From Cenarchaeum sp. (GTDB taxonomy: Archaea > Thermoproteota > Nitrososphaeria > Nitrososphaerales > Nitrosopumilaceae), in NCBI GenBank assembly GCA_965242695.1, contig CBDESU010000001.1, positions 1,056,001-1,120,000 on the forward strand: a DNA stretch of 64,000 bases, given 5' to 3'. The position numbers were made by a program, and so were the translations under genes. Under the pieces are notes generated by a model that worked only from the letters and a program-made list of their open reading frames with translations, was not told the DNA's origin and did no database searches. Shown here in pieces: positions 1 through 9,867 of this stretch; within the stretch, counting starts at the first letter, position 1; every line of letters starts with the position of its first letter.

Positions 1-1809
1 CAACCCGAGGTGCCGGCAGGGGGAGGGGAGGAGTGGACAGGGGCAGAAGCCGGATCCTTTCCTGGGCCTGCCGGCTTCCGTCATCCGGCGCCGCTGCTAC
101 GTGCCCCTCCGCCGCCCGGGGGCATCCATGCCGGCTGCCTCCCCGCCGCCGGCGGCCCGTCGAGTATGTTCCAGCCGGGATCTCCAATGGCGTACGTCAC
201 GGCCCTGCCCAGCGACATGCCCCGCCTTCCGGCATTGGCCGCGATCGTCATCTTTCTCGACCCGACGACCATGCCGCGGTGCCCCTTGAACTGCACGTGC
301 GCATCCATGTACCGCTTTGCGACGTTGCGTATGACCCTCTCCACGTCGTTCGAGTGCGCCGGCATGCCGTCGACCTGCGTGTGGTAGAACAGGCACGGCA
401 TCGCATTCTCGTACCGCGTCCTGACAGGATGCTTGTCCCCGTACCCCTCGAGTATGGCGCACGCCGCGCGCTGCAGGGCGAGGGCCACGATCGGGGGCGC
501 CGTGTTGATGCACGAGCTGACCCTGTAGAGGCACAGGAGTTCAAAGTAGGTGGTCGAGTCCCTGCGATATCCGGCGATCTCGCCGGCGGTCGGCCTGCGC
601 CCCGACCGCGGCCGGGACTGCGGCGATGCAGCGGCGGCGCGATCCACGATTCCCGCAAGCCCTCCGCGCCGCGGCCGCCGGCCCCTTCCGGCCGCATCCT
701 TCTCCTCCCTCCTCCCACTCCTCCCCTTTTTCAGCGCAATGTCTCCAGCCCGCGGCGGCTGCGGGAGGGAGGCGGCGGGCGCGGCAGCATCAGGGGGGCA
801 GTAGGCGGCGGGCAGGATCGAGCGGATGGCCTTGACGGGGTCTTGGCAGTCGCTGCCGCCGCTGCCGCCGCCTCCTCCTCCTCCCTCGGCCGGCTCGACG
901 GACGGCAGCTCGGCGCCGTCCACCAGCCGGACGTCCGGATTGGACCTGATCATGTCGACGAGCGGGGGGATTACAGCCCTCTCGACGGCCCTGAACTCGG
1001 CGCCGGGATCTATGCCGGCCTCTTCGGCGTGGTCGCCGAAAAGGGTGAGCCACACGTAGACGGGCTCTTCGGCGCTGCGCAGGTTGTGCACCGAGTCGGA
1101 CTGCCTGTTCCCGTCGGGGTAGGCGCCGTGCTCGTCCGTGACCTTTGGGAGGCCCCAGATCGGGCCGAGCGCCTCTTCAAGCGACGCCGCAGACCTGCTC
1201 GGGGCGGCCGTGATCAGCACGGCATTGCCGCTGCACGCGGCCACGATGTACGCCCACTTGCCCATGCTGCGCGCCATGGTCTCGTCGATCACGGCGTAGC
1301 CATTGGCGCATATGCTCTCGACTATACGCGGGATCAGGTGGGCCGCGGCGTCCATGCTAGCCGACACGGCGTTGGCGACCGCATTCTCGGACACGTCGAT
1401 CCCGTAGTACCACCGGATGTAGTTGGCCGCATCCTGGTAGGACATGTGCTCGGTCAGGTCCAGCAGGCGCTCCCTGACGATCGCGCCGAGCGCCGTTCCG
1501 GGGATCGAGATCGGCGTGCTCGCCTTCCAAGGCAGCCCGCACGCCGAGCAGCAGCCGACCTCGAGCTTTAGCGCTACGGCGCAGCCTCGCCCGACGCCGC
1601 CGATCCGGACGGCCTCCCTGGCAAGGTCCTGCAGGCGCCTGCCCCTGCCGTCGGTCGCTTCAAACTCCAAGAGCCATCCTCCGATCAGGTCGTAGAGCCG
1701 CTTGACGGCGTACCCGATTACGACATAGTCGGCGCCGCAGCACCACGAGGGCCCAGTAGTTGCAGATGTGCCGCCACAATGCCCCCGTCGTGGCGGCCGG
1801 CCCTGCCCT

Positions 1810-3216
1810 CTACAGGGCAAAGAGCGGGCCGGCTGCGACCCTGGCCTTGGCCCGCTTTCTTGCAAGCAGCGCCGCCGTGGCCGCATCGGGGGTGAACAGC
1901 CGCGAGAACTCTTCGCAGGCCTCCGCCTCGTACGCGTCCTGTTCGCCCTTGCCAAGTATGGCCAGCCGCGTGGCCTCGGAAAGGAGTATGCGGCAGAAGT
2001 CCTTGTAGGTCATGGCGTACTTTTCCTTGTCCTTCCAGCCGTGCGTTCCGAGCCTGGGAGTCTGCACGTCTTGGATCGACTCGCCCTTCTTGGCCAGCCT
2101 CAGCGCCTTTAGCGCGCGGTCCGCCAGCACCCACAGGTTGGACGAGAGGAGCGAGTAGTGGAACAGGAACGTCCGTAGCGCCGGCGAGTTGCTGGTCGTC
2201 ATCGGCATTCCCTGCTCCGCCTCCCTGTAGCCGTTCTCGATGCGCTGCCGCTTCCTCATCTCTGCGCGCAGCATTGGAAGCGCCCTCCTCAGCATGGGGC
2301 GCGGCATGTTCGAGAAGAACGGCAGCGTGGTCTTTTTCGCCTTGCCGTCCCTGAACTCCTCGACCTCCCAAAAGGCGAGCGTGCCGGCAAACTTGCCCTT
2401 CTTGGACTTGACTATGTGCTCCGACAGGGCGGGGCGCTCGCCGCGCTCGTATTCGGCCATCGCCTTTTTGACCTTGGGCGTCATGCGCGCATACATCAGA
2501 AAGTACTCGCCCCTGTTGCCGAACTTGTTCATCGCATTCACGTTGTAGTACTCCCGATCGGCCGAGTAGTACAGGCAGAAGATGAGGCGCCTGGCGTTGT
2601 CGTCCAGGAGGTCCCCGACGTACTCGGACAGGGGGCGCCCCCTGCGCAGGATGCGCGACGACGTGTGGATCGTATACGGCCCCGAGACTATCGCCGACGA
2701 CACCGCGACGACAAAGGTCGACGTTCCGTTCTTGTACTTTGATCGCGCCGTGTAGTCGTCCCCCAGGTGCTCGCCGTAATACTCCATTTTGTGGCCGTCA
2801 ATCGAGCCTATCGGTCGCGCCGGGATCACGCCCGCCTCGCGCAGGGCCGCCACGGCGGCGTCGTCCACCGGCGCCCACCTTTCCTCCATGGCGTCGGGAT
2901 CGGGATCGGAGTTGATCAGCTCGCGCGCCCAGAGCGATGTCGGAGTGTCCAACTCGTCGATCCTCTCGATGCCGACCTGCCCGGCGGCCTCGATTGCGAC
3001 CAGTCTGGCCGCCTGGTGGCTGCACGAGCGATGCAGTGCTGCGGCCGCGAGGATGCTTGCAAATCCGGAAAGTCCGTGCAATGCATTGTAGCGCCTCGAA
3101 ATGGGAAAGTTGAATTTGGCCAGCAGGGCGTGGTCGAGCTTGAGCACGTTTTGCACAACGCGTATTGCATCGCGTAGTTCGTTATAGAACTTTCGCACGA
3201 TCCCCCCCCTGCACAA
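1810..3216 (-). CDS. DDE transposase (ISH3/IS4-like)
   Basis: SIDGHKMEYYG, SADREYY and RQRIENGYREAE motifs; lies inside the TIR-bounded element. Start codon uncertain. Confidence 0.85.
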   Translation of the reverse strand: MCRGGIVRKFYNELRDAIRVVQNVLKLDHALLAKFNFPISRRYNALHGLSGFASILAAAALHRSCSHQAARLVAIEAAGQVGIERIDELDTPTSLWARELINSDPDPDAMEERWAPVDDAAVAALREAGVIPARPIGSIDGHKMEYYGEHLGDDYTARSKYKNGTSTFVVAVSSAIVSGPYTIHTSSRILRRGRPLSEYVGDLLDDNARRLIFCLYYSADREYYNVNAMNKFGNRGEYFLMYARMTPKVKKAMAEYERGERPALSEHIVKSKKGKFAGTLAFWEVEEFRDGKAKKTTLPFFSNMPRPMLRRALPMLRAEMRKRQRIENGYREAEQGMPMTTSNSPALRTFLFHYSLLSSNLWVLADRALKALRLAKKGESIQDVQTPRLGTHGWKDKEKYAMTYKDFCRILLSEATRLAILGKGEQDAYEAEACEEFSRLFTPDAATAALLARKRAKARVAAGPLFAL

Positions 3217-3308
3217 GGCTTGCTTAAATCAGTTATGAACAAGTTGTCCACATTTGTAGGCCAATTGAAATTCGGGAAAGTGTTGGCAGTGCTTGCGATT
3301 GCAATTGT

Positions 3309-3418
3309 GTGTTTGCCGGATGTGTTTGCCGGATGTGTTTGCCGGATGTGTTTGCCGGATGTGTTTGCCGGATGTGTTTGCCGGATGTGTTTGCCGGATG
3401 TGTTTGCCGGATGTGTTT
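3309..3418. repeat. 13-bp tandem repeat (GTGTTTGCCGGAT) x8 plus a partial copy, upstream of the transposase inside the IS
   Basis: Eight perfect copies read directly at 3309-3412. Confidence 0.97.
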
Positions 3419-3970
3419 TGTTGGGTGCTCGACCACCCGATCGGCAAGTGTAGATTAGATCGTTTTGACAACAACCGCGGAGCGGCGCATCACCGTGCTG
3501 GCCTGTTGCGCAGGCCGAACCACGAGCACATCCAACCACATCTGCACCATGCCATGCGCGACGTACTGCGAGGAATGCGCGCAATGCGCGCGGCGCGACG
3601 GCGAGTCCGACATGCGGCACTGGCCGCGCCGCGCGGCGCTAGCCTGTCTGGGCCGCCCTCCTCGCAGGCCCGCCCGCTGCAGACGAGCATCGCCTGTGGG
3701 ATTGCCGCAAATCGTCATGCGGCCTTGATCTCGATCTCGGCGGTGCCCTTGCCGCCACCGGGCAGATGCCGCCGGCTGGGCCCCGAACGGCCCGGTACGG
3801 CGACCGCTACCTACCGGCGCCGCAGGCGCTGTGCGATCGCACCCTCACCGAGCACATCTGCAACTACTGGGGCCCGAGCGGGACGGCCAGGGTGCACTCG
3901 GTCTTTGTGCTGTTCGACTTTCCCGGGCCGCGGCGGCGGCGGCGGCGTCTGGAGGGCGCCGCCGGTTCCG

Positions 3971-4077
3971 CCACCGCCGCCGCCTGGGATTCGGCCCCCT
4001 TTTTCCTCAAGGTGCTGACCGCGCTGCGAGTGGACGGCAGCCCACCGCCGCCGCCTGGGATTCGGCCCCCTTTTTCC
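3971..4077 (+). repeat. Putative ectopic CRISPR spacer integration 1: 36-bp duplication with 35-bp insert
   Basis: CCACCGCCGCCGCCTGGGATTCGGCCCCCTTTTTCC at 3971 and 4042 (identity runs to 38 bp); period 71; frameshifts the IS66 transposase; shares CGGCCCC at positions 22-28 with the minus-strand CRISPR repeat. Confidence 0.75.
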
Positions 4078-5056
4078 TCCCCATCCTCCCTGCCGACGCG
4101 CCGCCGCTGTCGCCGCCCCTCTGCCGGCTCCCGCTTCCCTCCGATCCCCGCTCCGGCGAGTCCGCGTTCTTGTCCCTGCCGCCGCCGCTGCCGCCGCTGC
4201 CGCCGCCCCTCCGCCTGCCGTCGTCCCCCTCGTTGTACGATCCGATCTTTGCGCGCAGCCTGTCGCGCTCCCTGTGGCATATCGCCCGCGACGAGGTCGG
4301 GCTGTTGGGGTTTTCATGGCGCCGGAGCAGGGTGCGCATGCCCTCTACATCCTCCTCGAGCCTTCTGCATCTTTCCGACAGCTCGGCGCTCGTACCGGCC
4401 GAGGTGGCCAGTGCCGTCTTCTGCAGGCGGCAGGTGATCCTCAGGCCGTCCCGCTCCGCGGTGACCTCCGACAGATTGGACACAAGCTGACGGATGGTCT
4501 CGTTGAGGGTTTCCGTCTCGGCGTCATGCCTGCGGTGCACATTCGCAAGCTCCCTGCGGAGCAGGGTGACCTCGGACGGCGATCCCATGGCCGCGCGCCG
4601 AACCAATTTGATCGATAAAGGTTTGGATCCTTGGCGCCAGGTTCGGGTGCCCGGCGCCGCCGAACTGCCGCAGCCGCGGCATGTCGTCGGCAGGCTGTGC
4701 CAGCGCACCTGCCGCCACCTGCAAGCAGCCTCGCCCCCCCCCCCCCCCCCCCCCCCCGTCAGGCGTCAGTGGCATGGGTGAGACCTGAGCTCTCGCTACA
4801 TGAGGGCATCTGGCGTGCACATTCAGGTCGGGCATACGTTGCACGCATTGGAGGGGGTGGTGGCGGTAAGACGCAGTTGACGACGGAGGCCAGAATGTCT
4901 ACCAGCTGGTGTACGATGCCCGACATCCATTGTCACTAGACAGAAATGCGAGCGGCGGGAATTTTGCTCACGTGTTGGACTAAACACCGGGCCCACATGG
5001 ATGCATGGACTGGGGGCAGGGCAGGTGCGAAGTGGATAGCGCAGGCTTACCGTCCA

Positions 5057-5863
5057 TGTCACAGCCGCTGCACGACATGCTAGCCGATGCGGGGAGGGTC
5101 GATGCCAGGCTGCGGTACTGCGCGGCGGCGCGGCGGCCGCCTCTGAGGTCCCCGAGTGTCGCATCCTGCTCGTCCCCGCGAAGAGGGGCTGTACAAGGCC
5201 GTCGCAGGACTGGTCGGAGCATGCGCGAGGGCTGGGCCGTCGCTCCGTCCGAGTGGCGCGAGGGGCAGAGGCGGCGGCGCAGGGGCGACTGAGGCCGCAG
5301 CCGGTGCCGTCGCACTAGACGGATTTACGCGCATGCATGCATCCGCGCATTACGACGCGGGGAGCGGCCGCGTGGCCCTCGTAGATGTACACAAGTCGCG
5401 TAGGATGGCGACGGTCCTGCTGTTCGGACGCGGCGCCTAGATTGCAAGGCTAGCCGGTAGTGGGCATTCCGCGCGCCTGTACGTGTGCATCAAAGCGACG
5501 CCGGACGCGTTCGATCTGCTCGCCTGCATGGTGCATGTGGGCAGGCCTGCCGCCGTCCCGCGGTCGCAGTTCGGCGGTGATGAGGGCGCCTGTGCAGGTG
5601 CCGTAGAAGCGGCCGAGCTTGCGTGGCGACTCGGCATTGCTCCTGCGTACGGCGCCGAGGATGCGTCCGAGTGCCTTGCAAGGCTGCTTTCGTTGGCCAG
5701 CACGGCAGATGCCGGAATGGGGACCTTTGTCATCGAGAGAGGCTCCGCGCGCAGGCTGTTTGCAGCGGGGTTTGCTCGCCGCTACGCCAGCGGGCCGCCG
5801 TCCCACCGGCGACTCCTGCTGACGAGTTGCATCACGCATGTGCGTAGGGCCACGCGACACTGA
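5057..5863 (+). pseudogene. Degraded hypothetical gene (frameshift and internal stop)
   Basis: Protein-like ORFs 5156-5440 and 5483-5863 are in one frame separated by a single TAG; no family recognised. Confidence 0.35.
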
Positions 5864-6596
5864 ATTGTGGCGGATGCGGTAGTGCTACACGGCGCGGTCT
5901 CGGCCCACGCCACTCTTTTGGCCGCCGCCATCGCGCCGCCGAGTGCCGCGGCCGCCCGCCCGTCCTCGGCCGCCGCATCGGACATCTCGGCCGAGCTTGC
6001 CCGCTCCTCGTCGGCCCCCTCGTGCAGCATGGCCTTTTCGGCCAGCATTGTAGGCCTGTTGCCGTCCAAACGGAACTCGCCCGTCGCCCACGCGTCCGCG
6101 TTGTCCGCCCACTTGGCCGCCTCCAGCGCCAGCATGCCCTCTTCCCCGCCCGCCGCCTTCTTCCACCGGGCCGCTTCGCGCACCATCCCGCGCACCTCCC
6201 CCTTCAGCCTGCGCGCCGCCCGCGCCCTCTTGTCCTTGCCGGCCATCTCGTACGCCTCTGCGGCCCTGCCGTACGCGGCGGCCGCCGCCCTGCCGCGCCC
6301 GGCCGCCAGCCCGAACGCCCTGCCCGCCTTTTTCATTGCGGCGGCCTCGCGCCCATCGCCCCTCCAATCTCCCTCATCGCAGCTTCGACCGCGGGATCGC
6401 CCTCCTCAGCGACGCGCCCCTTCGCCTCCGCAACCCTCATCAGCCTGGCGAACATTCCCGCCCTGGCCGTCCACGCGCGGCCGTACGCCGAGAGCGCCGC
6501 GCGGTCGTGCGCGGCAGCCTCCCACGCGGATGCGGCGCCGGCCGCGGCCCAGACGGCCGCTACGCGATCGCCGTGTCCGCCAGTGCCGCCCGCCAC
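5782..6596 (-). pseudogene. Ala-rich hypothetical protein, split or fragmented
   Basis: Overlapping ORFs 6333-6596 and 5782-6336 of similar Ala/Glu-rich helical composition. Confidence 0.3.
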
Positions 6597-6688
6597 GCCC
6601 GCCGGCCCGCGCGGCCCGTCCTTATGCGTAGGGGTAGTCTACGCGGCCGGCCGGCAGCGTGGCTCCGACAGGCCAAGCCGGGCCGCCA

Positions 6689-7870
6689 CTACTCGAAATG
6701 GGGGCATCGCGAGCCGGTCACGGCATCCAGCCAGAGTGCCCTTCTCGCGCCGCCCTCCCGCTCTACGGTGGCCACGTGGTACGGGTAGTAGATGCACTCT
6801 ATCGACTTTACGCGCACGCCGCGCCAGTACGTTCCGGCCGCCTCCGCGACGGCCCCCGGATCCAGGCGCTCCCCGCCAGTCGCCCCCACGTCCGTGCGCG
6901 ACACCGAATGCGTTCCGCCAACGCTGCCAAGGGACGACGGATCCCCGGGGTACGGGTGCATGGCCTTGTACGTGGCGGGCCTGGCGTCGGTCTGCATCAG
7001 GACTCCCTTGGCTGCCATGTCGTTGATCATCTGTCCGACCTTGCCCGGTCCGACTCCGGGCACCGCAACGGCCCTCTTCTCAAACTTGTCGCCGCCGACG
7101 GCCCGTAGCAGGCTTCGCTGGGCGCCGTCAAGCGTCGCAAGCGCCGCATGATCGTACGACATGCCGTAGGCGCCGACGGATGCGATCGCGCCGGTCGCCG
7201 CATCGAACGTGACCCTTGCCTGCACCGTATGGACGGCCTCTTCCTTGGAGCGCCAACCCGTCTTTTCTACTATCCTTACCTCGGCGTCCAGGTCGACGTC
7301 GTAGTATGGATGCCAGACCGTGTCGACGGCGACTATGCTCTCTGTAACCTTCCCGCGCCCCATGAAGCCCCCCTTTGCGCGCTTTGTAACGATCTCGTTG
7401 AATGCGGCCCGCGCCTCGTCCTTGCCCACCCTAGCCTGCACGACCAGCGGAAGCGCGGACGCATCCCTGCCGCCCGATCCATCCTCCGATCGGGCCCTGA
7501 TTCCAGAGAGGAGGGACGCCGTCTTGTTCCCGTCCCATAGGTCTATGTTGCCGTACATGGCGGCCGTCTTGAGGGCGCCCGGGGTAAAGCCGCTCGTGGT
7601 GGCCAGTATGGCATGCCCCGCCGACAGGTCGTCCCGGATCGAGGCGAGCTTCATGACGGTGTCCTTATCGATGTTGGACTGGTGGTTCTTTGCCTCGATC
7701 AGGACGGTCGTCTTGTGGAGTGGGGCGTCGTGCGTCGCGTGCACGTCGATCTGGTGGACGGTGCCGGATCTGCCCTCCATCTTGGCGTTGTGTCTTACCG
7801 TGTAGCCGTTCTGCTCAAACAGGGCGTACAGCTCCACCTCGAGGCCGGTGCCCTTCTCTACCGTCGACAC
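6689..7870 (-). CDS. Mrr-like (type IV) restriction endonuclease domain protein
   Basis: N-terminal PD-(D/E)xK Mrr_cat pattern (QIDVHA...LIEAKN...ILATTSGFTPGA...IDLWDG) plus an unassigned C-terminal region. Confidence 0.8.
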   Translation of the reverse strand: MSTVEKGTGLEVELYALFEQNGYTVRHNAKMEGRSGTVHQIDVHATHDAPLHKTTVLIEAKNHQSNIDKDTVMKLASIRDDLSAGHAILATTSGFTPGALKTAAMYGNIDLWDGNKTASLLSGIRARSEDGSGGRDASALPLVVQARVGKDEARAAFNEIVTKRAKGGFMGRGKVTESIVAVDTVWHPYYDVDLDAEVRIVEKTGWRSKEEAVHTVQARVTFDAATGAIASVGAYGMSYDHAALATLDGAQRSLLRAVGGDKFEKRAVAVPGVGPGKVGQMINDMAAKGVLMQTDARPATYKAMHPYPGDPSSLGSVGGTHSVSRTDVGATGGERLDPGAVAEAAGTYWRGVRVKSIECIYYPYHVATVEREGGARRALWLDAVTGSRCPHFE

Positions 7871-8305
7871 GACCGCCCCCGCGCGCGGCGGCAGTTAAGC
7901 GTATCGCAACACGGACAGACGCTGGCGACGCAGGCGCAAGACGCCTGCGCCCACTACGTCCACCGCCTTGCGCCGCCCATATAGATGGCTCAGCGGCGCT
8001 CACGCCACCCACCCGCGTGTGGCCCAAGATAAGGCTTCAGGCCCCGCATCGGACCACTGCGAGCGTGTCGCAGTCGGCAAGCTCGCTGTTCGTGTTGCAA
8101 GTCGCTTTCCGGTTGATCGTGTAGGCCATGCGCCGCGGGCGCCGTCGCCTCGGCATCGTATGCCCCTCATAATCATTCATCAGAATCTAGAAAAATGCCA
8201 TGTCGTTAGCGACGTTGCACGACCCTCACACAACCACCATGCCGCGTCGCACGCTGTGTGTCCCGCCCCTTCTGCAAAGGCAGGCTCGCCGCGGGGATGT
8301 TGTTC

Positions 8306-9840
8306 CAGTCAACCCAACTCTGGGCGTTGACGGTGGGCTAGGACCATCGATCTTTTTTGGTCAGATATGTGCCCGCGCCAAACCGTCTTGATCAACGATA
8401 CTTTATAAAAATATAACCTGAAAACGAAAGACGTATAACTACTCACGCGGGCGGCCCCCCGGAATGGGGCAGAAAAAAGGGCCAAGCAAGGGCGGCAGCG
8501 GGAAAAAGAAGGATCTTACAAAGTCTCAGCAGAAGTTCATGGCGAAAAAGTCGACCAAGAAGATATCGCAAAAGTTTGGACAGATCAGGAAGGCCGGCTT
8601 CGCCATCAAGAAGATGACCGACAAAATGACCCAGGGGGAGCAGTTCGTGGACTTTTCCGGCGACTCGCGGGCAAAGTACGGCGCCGCCGAGTTCCACAAG
8701 AACATGCTCAACGGGTCCCTCTTCAACGCATCGAGTACCACCTGCGCCGAGCTGTCCAAGATAAAGGCAAAGGAGGAGGGGGGCAGGTCCAGCGGCTGCG
8801 AGTGGCAGCGCCTCAAGATCAACTCGGCCAACGACGAGCGCAGCGCGCGCGTGCTCGAGGACGAGGCGCGCGAAGCGATCGAGGAGCTGCGGCGCAACGG
8901 CCGGCTGTCGGACACCCCCACCTTTGCCGTCGACATACACGTTGAGGAGCGCTGGGACGGCGGGCGCCTGGTCACGCGTGGCGTGTCCGAGGCGCAGGTC
9001 AAGATCAACAGGGAGGCGCGCAGGCGCCTTAGAAAGGAGAGGAGGCTTGTCAAGTCGAAATCTAGTCGCGGAACGACCCAGTTTGAGGCGTACATCGTGT
9101 TGCAGTGCGTCGACAAGGGGGTGCAGATCGCGGTGGCATGCCTGCTCGTCGACGACCTGTCCAACCTTGCGCGGTTCATCCCCATACTGGCCGACAAGAT
9201 CAAGGCGCTGGGGATAAGCCGCGCCAGGCTGCTCCTCGACAGGGAGTTCTTCAACCAGGCCGGCGTAGAGGAGCTGATACGGACTAGGTTCCGCTGGATC
9301 ACCCCCTGCCGCAACACCCCGGCGGTCAAGAAGGCGCTCGCCAAGTTTGCCGAGACCGGGAAAAAGACGGGCGTCGTGCGCATGACCATCACGGGCGAGG
9401 ACGGCAGGGAGACCAAGTACTGGATGCGCATCGAGCCGCGCAAGAAGGGCGAGGAGGACGACGGGGATGAGGACGGCGCAGCCGGCTCGAGGAAGGGCAG
9501 GAATCTCGAGCCGCACGAGAGGTTCATCGGGTTCGCCGTCAGCCACCGATCGGAAAAGCCCCGCCACTACAAGAAGAGGTGGGGGATCGAGACGCGGTTC
9601 AAGATGGTGTCGATCAGGCGGAACAAGACGTCGAGCACCCTGCCGAACGCTCGGTTTCTCTGCTTCATCTACTCCCTGTTCGCCAGCAACGTGTGGGTCA
9701 TGATCAATGCCGTGTTCTGGCGGCACCCGTCGGACTACGTTCCGCGGATATCGCTAGCGGCCGTGCTCTCCATGAGCGTCAGAATGCTGGAAATTCGCGA
9801 GCCTAAACCGCCCCCGTAAGGCCCAGAGTTGGGTTGACTG
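8306..9840 (+). mobile_element. ISH3/IS4-like insertion sequence, 1535 bp
   Basis: Perfect 20-bp TIR CAGTCAACCCAACTCTGGGC (8306-8325) and GCCCAGAGTTGGGTTGACTG (9821-9840); 5-bp TSD TGTTC at 8301-8305 and 9841-9845. Confidence 0.95.
8464..9819 (+). CDS. DDE transposase (ISH3 family)
   Basis: AVDIH, LLLDREFF and YKKRWGIETRFK motifs; fills the TIR-bounded element. Confidence 0.9.
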   Translation: MGQKKGPSKGGSGKKKDLTKSQQKFMAKKSTKKISQKFGQIRKAGFAIKKMTDKMTQGEQFVDFSGDSRAKYGAAEFHKNMLNGSLFNASSTTCAELSKIKAKEEGGRSSGCEWQRLKINSANDERSARVLEDEAREAIEELRRNGRLSDTPTFAVDIHVEERWDGGRLVTRGVSEAQVKINREARRRLRKERRLVKSKSSRGTTQFEAYIVLQCVDKGVQIAVACLLVDDLSNLARFIPILADKIKALGISRARLLLDREFFNQAGVEELIRTRFRWITPCRNTPAVKKALAKFAETGKKTGVVRMTITGEDGRETKYWMRIEPRKKGEEDDGDEDGAAGSRKGRNLEPHERFIGFAVSHRSEKPRHYKKRWGIETRFKMVSIRRNKTSSTLPNARFLCFIYSLFASNVWVMINAVFWRHPSDYVPRISLAAVLSMSVRMLEIREPKPPP

Positions 9841-9867
9841 TGTTCGGTGTCGTCCCGACCACGTGCG

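Larger units (their letters stand above)
1754..3869 (-). mobile_element. ISH3/IS4-like insertion sequence, 2116 bp
   Basis: Perfect 18-bp TIR CAGTAGTTGCAGATGTGC (1754-1771) and GCACATCTGCAACTACTG (3852-3869); 5-bp TSD GGGCC at 1749-1753 and 3870-3874; internal DDE transposase. Confidence 0.92.
81..4588 (-). pseudogene. IS66-family (TnpC-like) transposase, interrupted by an ISH3-type IS (1754-3869) and by a 71-bp duplication-plus-insert near 3971-4077
   Basis: N-terminal coiled coil followed by HENPNSPTSS, Cys motifs (WCCG, CCSACG), IDET, VTDEHGAY and SNDVERVIR, as in IS66 TnpC. Removing 2121 bp (IS plus one TSD) and 71 bp from 4588..81 leaves 2316 bp = 772 codons in one frame (junction reads PLGP|SWCC). 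Confidence 0.8.

Noticed and set aside
4101-4218. About 28-bp imperfect repeat with 90-bp period in the Gly-rich transposase linker
   Set aside because: In frame, low complexity, and the geometry does not fit 36+36.
4734-4757. Poly-C tract (also about 50019-50032)
   Set aside because: Intergenic homopolymers with no demonstrable function; length is unreliable.
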